A DNA stretch of 64,000 nucleotides from a virus. The stretch spans positions 32,432 through 96,431 of IMG/VR virus record IMGVR_UViG_3300044922_000290, one strand, 5' to 3'. Below the pieces are notes generated by a model. The model was not told the origin of the DNA. It made no database searches and saw nothing but the letters and a program-made list of their open reading frames with translations. Positions 56,901 to 64,000 of this stretch are shown in pieces (the first letter of the stretch is position 1; every line of letters starts with the position of its first letter). The translations under genes and the position numbers were made by a program.

Positions 56901-58102
56901 ATGGACAATTTTTATCTACTTCTTTTTCAGGGCCTGATATGGATGAAACTTATCTTGATGAAAATTATTTAGATGATTTAAGAGCACAGCATTTTAAAAG
57001 TAATCCAAACATGGATCAAACTGTGTACTCAAATGACGATTTTCCTGTTAAAGATTATTCTTATTTAAGTAACCCTCAATATAATGATCCTAATTACAGT
57101 ATAGATGGTTATTTTAAGGATACAAATCGGAACCAATATTATAATACAAAAGTTTCACCAAGTTATAGCAGTGCTTTAAATAGACTAGAAACTAACCCAG
57201 CAGGGCAAAACTATTTAAAACAAATAGGAACTGTTAGCGGGTACACTAGAGATACTATATTTAATAACTTAGACCCCGATGTAATATTTAATAGAATAAT
57301 AGATAATGGCGTTGATTCAAATACTCCTATTAATATAGAATCTAAACCTTATTATACTCCTAATACTCAAGTTAAAGGTAGAGATGTACAGCCCTATAAT
57401 TCAGAAGAAAACAATTTGGCTAAACAAATGCAAGGTACAAGTAATCCTGCACAAAATGAATACCCAGAAGTTGGTAATACAGGATATTTAACTAACTTAG
57501 CAGGAAATTTAGTTAAAGCAGGTATGGTAGCTACAAGTAAACCTCCTATATATAACCCTTCAGTTAAGTTTGGCAGAATGAATGCTAACCCTGCTGAAAG
57601 ATTGGCTATGCAAGAAGGACGTAGAGAGATACAAGGTACTAAAGACATTATAAGGAACAATGCTACATCTTCAGGGCAATACCTTACTAATGCTTCACTT
57701 ATGGGTAGTAATGCAGCTAACAAGCTAGCAGGTACTATAGGTGGTATTAGACAACAATACGATACACAAAATGTAGGTATAGGTAATCAAGAAGCTCAAG
57801 TAAACCAACAAATAACTGCTGCTAATAACTTAGCTAAAGAAACCTTTAGAGATAACAGATTAAACCAATACAATAAGATATTAGATAGTGTTATAGGTGC
57901 TAACCAACAAAGGTTTGCAACTGATGTACATGCTAATAACTATCAGAATCAAGCTATTAGTATGTTAAAAACTAAAGACTTCCATGTAGGCAGAAAAGAT
58001 AAAAATGGAATGTTTGAAGTATTAGATATAAATGGTAATATTGTAGGAACACTAGACAACAATGGTGTTGCAAAAGACTTACAAGGTAATCTAATAAAAT
58101 AA
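53996..58102 (+). CDS. internal virion cargo protein with repeated [AG]-x-GG motifs (putative polyprotein)
   Basis: Follows the muzzle gene; conserved core GGTHEQNALGGVPIG..ALVEQGE....FVFSDRL; 12 GG motifs. Confidence 0.75.
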   Translation: MGKYTKIKADGGPIKGKKKPAIKVSDPFDLNLHAYLDSSNLHNAYLEQLKYNPPVAPKDLTALDIDYKNRFKNKTKNEQLISFSPKKGMVSPYKSKSEYLKANPAEAPLIDAYENLNFKGKTQTGYWTTPDLSHESIAPIDVYTGEVLVKGKPRHGGNPVYAEPTQPYEYTGDINDVLKYRSSPTVYGISASPHQEKLNINSIQYNPKDTNPYNKYVVNRYLPTPQSPVNPLPYDDIQLYSGHQNRDNQGLSVGYVMEDGKRRDIMADEYNAIMGSSVQGGTKLENTDYAMGGMIKRKDGSYSKRGLWDNIRANKGSGKAPTKEMLKQERKIKAKYADGGPLDRNKLKEYIDLYGFGSGEDSAGDGYDFIYNNLITKHGLDPDNAAKYTTAILSPLEIQPNSFTQSTENNNAVYTAEDMDLYTGDTDMAEINKYRPTKQLTAKKPFGYKENFSNGEQEYGKGGPINPLEGDLISKVIMNRNRDKDFVQRAYAVGDYPNSNMFTSPDPDNFGSRMSHKMEYGEDDKGQTYMYPSVMNPKNEDIKIPKQYADYISSVGYKKATGMPYAMGGRMNQAQQLNQGKMRVGSGEGNGLREYASDYGNFLLDGITGVAEGITGAEIYNPNYNTKLGKIAGAVNNQSGKMIGKFAPMALNAVAPGVGTAVGVAGKAIGTGLNASKNEQSNEQLNLGNNSMLPNVLGNNTEGIAAMEQMGASMKMAQGGLMHINEGGTHEQNALGGVPIGPNALVEQGETINNDFVFSDRLKPKGSKKTYAQLSKSVDTKYRLRPDDKLSKEAKQMDLDRLAMQQEAQKDEMSTKYMQKAMACGGKIKGFGGSFQGPISQSMNVTNGQNTLLAMGGNLPNYDYGDDGNIRRSPYNNMVNAVDNGINNVNYRPSNDVIFNERMKREGFNPTLEDYNKVVLRQQQAAYGGSLMSNFMEQPPVYQNPANQYATGGNMYGNGGGPIGPLTQDGQFLSTSFSGPDMDETYLDENYLDDLRAQHFKSNPNMDQTVYSNDDFPVKDYSYLSNPQYNDPNYSIDGYFKDTNRNQYYNTKVSPSYSSALNRLETNPAGQNYLKQIGTVSGYTRDTIFNNLDPDVIFNRIIDNGVDSNTPINIESKPYYTPNTQVKGRDVQPYNSEENNLAKQMQGTSNPAQNEYPEVGNTGYLTNLAGNLVKAGMVATSKPPIYNPSVKFGRMNANPAERLAMQEGRREIQGTKDIIRNNATSSGQYLTNASLMGSNAANKLAGTIGGIRQQYDTQNVGIGNQEAQVNQQITAANNLAKETFRDNRLNQYNKILDSVIGANQQRFATDVHANNYQNQAISMLKTKDFHVGRKDKNGMFEVLDINGNIVGTLDNNGVAKDLQGNLIK

Positions 58103-58104
58103 TT

Positions 58105-60450
58105 ATGGGCAGATTTATAGATATTACAGGTGCTCCTATAGCATCAGATTTTCAGGAAATGCCTTTGGATTTTATGTCAAAGGCATTAGACATTCAACAA
58201 AAGTCTAAGGATACTTTTGATACTGCACGAGAGAGTATGTTACCTAGTGAAGGGGGGTTAGCAAGTACTATGTTAAAAATGCCTGATGGTAAATTAATTT
58301 CTCTATCCCAATATGAAAAAGATAAATATGATAAATCTCTTGAAGATATAGCTAAAGTAGCAATTAATAATCCAATGGAGGCTAACAGAAGATTTGGAAT
58401 ATTTAAAAAACAAAGAGACAGTGATCCAGTTTTAAAATGGGCTAAAGAAGATTTTGCTTTAAAACCTACAGTAATTAATAATGAAAAAGCAGAAGATAAA
58501 GCAGGAACAGCTGTAAGATCTTACAGAGATAAAGAAGGTAAGGTAATACCCATTAATGTGGATGATATTATTTCAGGCAAAGTTTCAACTCCTCTTGAGT
58601 ATTATAATAGTATAGGTTATAGTGATTTTACAACTCCTACAAGAACTTTTATAAAGGACATTAAAGGTATTGAAGGTATGACTTCAAGTACCATAAAGCC
58701 CTACTTAGATGAGATAGCTGGTATAGGCTCAATGATAGCACAGGGTAAATCTGCTACTAAATTTGATAGGCAAACAATGGATAATCTACAAAAAGGTATA
58801 AATACCGCAGTAGATTACTTATTAAATAGTAAAAGTGCTGCCAGCCGATCTTTTAAAGCCATATATGGAATTATTGATGGTAATGGTAATCCACTGGTTG
58901 ATGAAGCAACTGCAAAACAACTTGCTACAAAATTTGTGTTAGAGCAAGCAGATGACTTTACTTATGATAACAAAAGTACTACTACTGATATGTCTTGGAG
59001 CCTTCCTTCAAAAGGAGATAGTGGAGATGGAAATAAAAATGGTAATGATGAAGAATCTGTAGAAATACCTGCTGGTTCAATCTATACTAAACAAGGAGAA
59101 AATCTTGTATTAAAAGCCATAGCAGGAAAAACTAGAGAAGACCTAGCTAAAGATGCTACTATGGCAGCATCTAAACTACTCGTTATTAAAAATCTTGATG
59201 CTACTAATCCAGATTTAGCAAGATTAGGTAAATCATTAGTAAATCCTAAAACAGGATTAATAGATTTTAATAAACTAACTCCTGCAATATTAGATGATAT
59301 AATAATAGCAGCTAATAAAAATAAAGACCCAAATATTACAACTGCTATTAATAGCTTAGCAGTAGCTAAACGTGGGTTTGATTTACTTCAAGACGCTGAT
59401 GTAGAATCAGATGTTATAGCTAGGCAACGTAGCGGGTTTACAGAAAAGAAAGCAAAAGAATATGAAGGTATTCGTAAAGATATAGAAGAAGAATTATTAA
59501 AGTATGCTACTGCCCCAAGTACTAGATTAATAATAACTGACAACGGTACTATTAAAGCTTTGATTAGTGGGGGAGCAGAAACAATGACAAAAAGTATAAT
59601 AAGAGTAGTTCCAGAAAATATACCTCTTTTTACAAAATATATAAAAGATATACAAGATAGTAATAGCGAGTTTTCTCAATATCGTAAAATTAAACAAGAG
59701 GAATACAACAAACGTACTAATCCTAATTATGAATACGCTCAAAACTGGACAGCTATAAAATGGGCAGCTTCTTCTGATGGGGAACATGAAAAGAAACAAT
59801 TAAATAATGCAGTGCATTCAAATATCACTAATTTAATTAGAGGAACAGGAGATAAAGAAAGTATAATAGTAAATGATGCGGGAGAAGCTGTAGATTTAAA
59901 AGAATACTACCCAGACCCAGAAGATGTAAATGTTATAGCACACGTAGATAACCCCGATGGTACAACTTCTGTTAAATTTAAACTTAAGAAATCTGCTCCT
60001 ACTCCAGAAGGAAAAATTAAAGTATCTGGGGAAGATGTATTTATATTAAAAACAGCTTCACCAATTGTTACTGAAGTATTGAAAAAATATAATAACCCAG
60101 TATATACTTTTGAGGGCAGAGCTAAAAGTACAGTGGCTGATTGGGAAAGAAATGTTTTACCTCAAACTAAGCGAGATGGAACTCCTTACATTAAAACAGT
60201 ATATCACGATAAAAACCCTATAAAAATACAGAATGTAGATGGAATTAATAATTACACTTTTGTCCCTAACAAAGAAGGTGCAAATGATTTTGTAGACTTT
60301 TATAATAAATACGTTGTATTTTTCCCTAATATAGAGAAAATATCTATAGATGCAAACTATGGTAAAGAGGATATAGGGGTAATTATAAGTACCTACGAAA
60401 TGTTAAAAGACCAACAAACTAAATTAGATAAACTTATTTTAGATAAATAA
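58105..60450 (+). CDS. internal virion (cargo/ejection) protein
   Basis: 781 aa; N-terminal MGRF...FQEMPLDFM..A...QQ; position between the cargo gene and the giant gene. Confidence 0.65.
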   Translation: MGRFIDITGAPIASDFQEMPLDFMSKALDIQQKSKDTFDTARESMLPSEGGLASTMLKMPDGKLISLSQYEKDKYDKSLEDIAKVAINNPMEANRRFGIFKKQRDSDPVLKWAKEDFALKPTVINNEKAEDKAGTAVRSYRDKEGKVIPINVDDIISGKVSTPLEYYNSIGYSDFTTPTRTFIKDIKGIEGMTSSTIKPYLDEIAGIGSMIAQGKSATKFDRQTMDNLQKGINTAVDYLLNSKSAASRSFKAIYGIIDGNGNPLVDEATAKQLATKFVLEQADDFTYDNKSTTTDMSWSLPSKGDSGDGNKNGNDEESVEIPAGSIYTKQGENLVLKAIAGKTREDLAKDATMAASKLLVIKNLDATNPDLARLGKSLVNPKTGLIDFNKLTPAILDDIIIAANKNKDPNITTAINSLAVAKRGFDLLQDADVESDVIARQRSGFTEKKAKEYEGIRKDIEEELLKYATAPSTRLIITDNGTIKALISGGAETMTKSIIRVVPENIPLFTKYIKDIQDSNSEFSQYRKIKQEEYNKRTNPNYEYAQNWTAIKWAASSDGEHEKKQLNNAVHSNITNLIRGTGDKESIIVNDAGEAVDLKEYYPDPEDVNVIAHVDNPDGTTSVKFKLKKSAPTPEGKIKVSGEDVFILKTASPIVTEVLKKYNNPVYTFEGRAKSTVADWERNVLPQTKRDGTPYIKTVYHDKNPIKIQNVDGINNYTFVPNKEGANDFVDFYNKYVVFFPNIEKISIDANYGKEDIGVIISTYEMLKDQQTKLDKLILDK

Positions 60451-63400
60451 TGGCAAAACAACCTAAAGAAGAACCAAATCCAATATTACAACATTTATTT
60501 AATACTCCAATAAAATACGGATTAGAAAACCCAGGATTTGATATTCCCACTTATAGAGATGTTTCAGATGATTTTGATACGTTTGAAGGAAGTAGAGTAG
60601 ACCCATTGGGGGGAGTAAATTTTGAAGCAGAAGATGATTGGCTAGCTAAAAGAGATGCTGAACAATCTTTGTATGATGCTTGGGGCAATGGCTTAATAAA
60701 AGCTGTAGGTAAGGCAGGTACTACTGCTGTAGAAGGTATAGGAGCATTAGCTACACTACCTTTTGGGCTTATAAAAGGAGTTTCTAGTGGTGATTGGAGT
60801 GGATTCTATGATAATGCTTTAGGCAATGCAATGGATGATATTAATGATTCATTGGCAGAAGCTTTTCCTAATTATAGTTCAAGAAGAGATTCTACATTTG
60901 ATGCTGACTTTTGGGCAGACCAATTCTTAGGTGGAGCAGGATATATGGCAGGTGCTATATTAGGTGGAGAAGGTATAGGGCTTATTGGTAAAGCAGTAGG
61001 AGGAGGATTAAAAGCAACTAGCCTATTACAATTAGGTAAGGGATCTAAAATAAAAGATATTGTTGGTTCAGGTTCTAAACTAGCTCAATTTGGAGCTAAG
61101 TTAAAAGACCCCACAAAACAATTAGCATATAGTTTAGCTACAGCTACTAGTGAAGCAGCAGTAGAAGCTAGAGATGTTAAGAATGTATTGTATGATGATT
61201 TATTTGCCAGAAGAGATGCAGGTGATCTTGCTTTACAAGGTAAGACTGATGCAGAACTTATGGATATGTCTAGAGCTGCTGGTAATGCAGCATTTGCATT
61301 TAACTTGCCTGTTATTGCTGCATCTAACTTTTTAACCTTTGGTAAAGCCTTAACATCAAAGTATGGAGCAGCAAGAAAAACTTTTGGTAATGTAGTAGGA
61401 GATATAGGAGAAACAGCTGTAAAAAAAGAATCAGCTTTACTTAGTGGATTAGGTAGACTTGGAGAAGGTGCTATATCTGAAGGTAGCCAAGAGTTAGCTC
61501 AGTTAGGTATTTCAGAAGGTTCTAAGAAGTACTATTTAGGACAATACAGTTCAAGTGCGCAGCACTTTAACAGTCTGTGGGGAAGTGTAATTGATGAAAC
61601 AGTAAGAAACTTAGGTACTAAAGAAGGTTTTGAGTCTATGTTTCTTGGTGCAATATTAGGTGGGCCAACTTCTCTATTAGTAGGACAAAAGCAAAGAGCA
61701 CAAGAAAAAAAGAATACTGCTGCTTACTCCGAGTTATTAAATAACCCAATGCTTCAAAGTCTAGTTTCTAACTTAAGTAGAAGAGGTGATAATATTACAC
61801 AAGTTGCAAATGCAAGTGCTCAACAAGATGGTGCAATAGTTGCTGGAGATAAATTTGGTTTTAAGAACTCAGAATATGATGTTCTAAAAGGACTAACAAA
61901 ACAAGCAGTAGAATTAGGCGGTGCAGATACTTTTATAGATAAACTAGAAGCACTTAAAGAATCAGACCTTGGAGAATTTAATAAAAAGTTTAGTAACCCT
62001 GAAGGTGAATTTGCAACTGTTGAAGAGCGTAATAAATCAATAGATGATGCAATACAAACAGTTAAAAGTGTAGCTGATGCTTATGATAATATTATAGTTA
62101 GTAGGCCAGAATTAAACCCTCTAGTAGCTGAAAAAACACCTGAACTTACTCAAGCTAAGAGACATATATTTGATGCAGTATTTGATGCTGTAACTAACTT
62201 TGAAGATATAGATAAAAGAGAAAATGATATAACTTCACAAATATTAGGACTTACAGCAGGTCAAAAAATTACTAATATAGGTATTATACCAAGTGAAGTA
62301 GGGCCTATTTTAAATCAGTATATAGAAAATACTCCAGGAGTAGATTTTGATACCTTTCGTAAATCAGATGCTTATAAAGAAAACTTTCAATCAAAGATTG
62401 ATGACTTTAAAAAAGTAAATCCTGCTAAAGCTTCTGAAGTTCAAACTCTTGTAGATGATTTAATTAAACTTTCTCTTCGCAGAGAAGAAATGATTAAACA
62501 GTATAATGAAGCTATAGAACAGCCTGAAAAAATACAGAAAGAAGCTGAAGCTGCTGCTCAAAAACTTCAAGAAAAAAGAGATAGATTAAAAGCAGAAGCT
62601 GATGCACAAGCTGCGGAAGCCTTAAAAACTGCAACTGAAGCTACTCCACAACCTACTGTAAATACTCCTCAGCCTGCACAAACTCCTGAACAAATGTTAG
62701 GAGGTACAACAGAAGATGGCTTACAAATGAGTGCTTCTGAAAATGAAAGTGAATTAGAAAAAGTAGCAATTGAAATAGCAACTTTACAAGAAGACCTTAA
62801 ATCTTATGAACCTGGTTCAGACATGTACAGTCTATATGAAGCAGCTTTACAAGAGGCAGAGGCAAAACAAAAAGCTTTAATTTCTAAAAAGAAAGAAACT
62901 GAAGAAGCTAATAAAAAGAAAGAAGGTACAGCAGAAAAACAAGCTGTAGCAACTAAAACTATATCTAGCGAAGATAAAGAACCTGTTGATGGAAATACTT
63001 TTACTAAATTAATATCTCCTAAAACAGAAGCTGCACAAAAGATAATTCAAACTACTCCTGTACAAGAATTAATAAAAGGCATCAAAGTTATTATAAAAGA
63101 ATATTCAAACTACAGAATAACAAGTAAGTATTTATTAGAGGGATCTCCCATAGTTATAAATGGAAGAAGGGTAGATTCTTATACAGTAGATAAAAATATA
63201 GATGGGTCTATAGGCGGAATAGATGTAAAATTTGCAGACACTTCTACTCTTGATTATACAACAGCTGAAGCCCAAAAAGATTTAAATAAAACTTATATTG
63301 TAAGTAAAGAAGGAGGTATTTATGAAGTAGGTACTGAAACTCCTGTATTAGTACAAAAAGCAACTCAAAAAGAAAATGTTAGTTATGTAGGAAGACCTAT

Positions 63401-64000
63401 AAGTATTACATTTACTTATAATGGTGTAGAATTAGGCTACTTACCTAATGCTGATAAATTTAGAACTAAAGATGGTAGAGGTTGGAATGATTTAAATACT
63501 GACGAAAAATTAAATTTATTTAAAGCAAGAAAGGGTACTCTTACTTTACAGGATATTCAAGCCTTAAATATACAGCAACAAGAGCTTGCTAAAATACAAC
63601 AACAACTAGAAAAACAGCCTTTTGGAGAGTACTCTTTACAAGACTTTCCATTCCTATCTATTACTCCAAGTATGGGGGAATTTGATATAGCTTCTAAAGA
63701 TACAGAGCCTTTATTAGCTACTAAAATGCCTATAGCTAGGTCAGGAGGTAACCCCCTTATATATGACCAAAATAAAGGTACATTTGTATATTCAAATGAT
63801 ACTCCCACAGCTTTAGATGCTGTTAAAACTATACCAGAAGGTATACAACAAAAACCAGGTGAGAAAAATAAAGTTGGTAATAGATACTTAGTATTACTTG
63901 AAAATGGTAATTGGGCTGTACTTGAACATAAAGAATTAACTTTAGCTGAATTTGAAACCGTATTTAAAGAACTTCTTGACCTACAAAAAAGAATTAAAGA
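60450..64000 (+). CDS. giant virion protein (crAss-like virion RNA polymerase-associated locus), runs off the window end
   Basis: ATG overlaps the upstream TAA; translation MAKQPKEEP...KRDAEQ...WGNGLIKAVGKAGTT..., Gly-rich hydrophobic helices; no stop seen in the parts read, and the ORF track omits it, consistent with an ORF that has no stop before the window end. Confidence 0.75.
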   Translation, partial: MAKQPKEEPNPILQHLFNTPIKYGLENPGFDIPTYRDVSDDFDTFEGSRVDPLGGVNFEAEDDWLAKRDAEQSLYDAWGNGLIKAVGKAGTTAVEGIGALATLPFGLIKGVSSGDWSGFYDNALGNAMDDINDSLAEAFPNYSSRRDSTFDADFWADQFLGGAGYMAGAILGGEGIGLIGKAVGGGLKATSLLQLGKGSKIKDIVGSGSKLAQFGAKLKDPTKQLAYSLATATSEAAVEARDVKNVLYDDLFARRDAGDLALQGKTDAELMDMSRAAGNAAFAFNLPVIAASNFLTFGKALTSKYGAARKTFGNVVGDIGETAVKKESALLSGLGRLGEGAISEGSQELAQLGISEGSKKYYLGQYSSSAQHFNSLWGSVIDETVRNLGTKEGFESMFLGAILGGPTSLLVGQKQRAQEKKNTAAYSELLNNPMLQSLVSNLSRRGDNITQVANASAQQDGAIVAGDKFGFKNSEYDVLKGLTKQAVELGGADTFIDKLEALKESDLGEFNKKFSNPEGEFATVEERNKSIDDAIQTVKSVADAYDNIIVSRPELNPLVAEKTPELTQAKRHIFDAVFDAVTNFEDIDKRENDITSQILGLTAGQKITNIGIIPSEVGPILNQYIENTPGVDFDTFRKSDAYKENFQSKIDDFKKVNPAKASEVQTLVDDLIKLSLRREEMIKQYNEAIEQPEKIQKEAEAAAQKLQEKRDRLKAEADAQAAEALKTATEATPQPTVNTPQPAQTPEQMLGGTTEDGLQMSASENESELEKVAIEIATLQEDLKSYEPGSDMYSLYEAALQEAEAKQKALISKKKETEEANKKKEGTAEKQAVATKTISSEDKEPVDGNTFTKLISPKTEAAQKIIQTTPVQELIKGIKVIIKEYSNYRITSKYLLEGSPIVINGRRVDSYTVDKNIDGSIGGIDVKFADTSTLDYTTAEAQKDLNKTYIVSKEGGIYEVGTETPVLVQKATQKENVSYVGRPISITFTYNGVELGYLPNADKFRTKDGRGWNDLNTDEKLNLFKARKGTLTLQDIQALNIQQQELAKIQQQLEKQPFGEYSLQDFPFLSITPSMGEFDIASKDTEPLLATKMPIARSGGNPLIYDQNKGTFVYSNDTPTALDAVKTIPEGIQQKPGEKNKVGNRYLVLLENGNWAVLEHKELTLAEFETVFKELLDLQKRIK

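Noticed and set aside
2660-63808. Antisense ORFs in the track (e.g. 2660, 3299, 3617, 4370, 19602, 20508, 25284, 43199, 53174, 57394, 63557)
   Set aside because: They lie opposite well-supported genes and have no recognisable motifs; treated as shadow ORFs.
1-64000. Stop-codon reassignment as seen in some crAss-like phages
   Set aside because: Long genes are intact under the standard code, and TAG and TGA both end genes at sensible positions.
58105-64000. Direct call of the virion RNA polymerase catalytic subunit
   Set aside because: No DxDxD catalytic motif in the expected context was seen within the window; the assignment rests on synteny only.

Overview
This window is about 64 kb of an AT-rich lytic dsDNA phage of the crAss-like (Crassvirales) type, most likely infecting a Bacteroidota host. 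The host inference rests on a TTG-N19-TAnnTTTG promoter and A-rich leaders without Shine-Dalgarno sequences. The genetic code appears standard. There are two divergent arms meeting near 18.7-18.9 kb. The left arm (minus strand, early/replication) encodes a DnaA domain-IV-like protein, an SF2 helicase, a family A DNA polymerase, a dNMP kinase, a ParB-N/DGQH protein, a tRNA-Arg(TCT) and many small hypothetical ORFs. These ORFs are separated by unusually dense, strand-specific RNA hairpin elements. The right arm (plus strand, late) encodes a zincin-like protein, GroEL then GroES, IHF-like proteins, TerL, portal, a Dps-like protein, scaffold, major capsid protein, ring/fibre proteins, a lysis cassette, a metallophosphoesterase, tail tube and muzzle proteins, and three large internal cargo proteins (the last runs off the window). 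The main observations are: (1) a 1368-aa cargo protein punctuated by 12 copies of an [AG]-x-G-G motif that delimit apparently swappable modules, suggesting an injected polyprotein; (2) a perfect host-type parS site near the divergence, on a genome that also carries ParB-like and DnaA-IV-like genes; (3) a cluster of G-U-supported structured RNAs in the early region; (4) a tRNA with a compensatory U19-A56 elbow pair; (5) strong avoidance of GGWCC. All product calls come from motif recognition and synteny by eye; no database searches were run.
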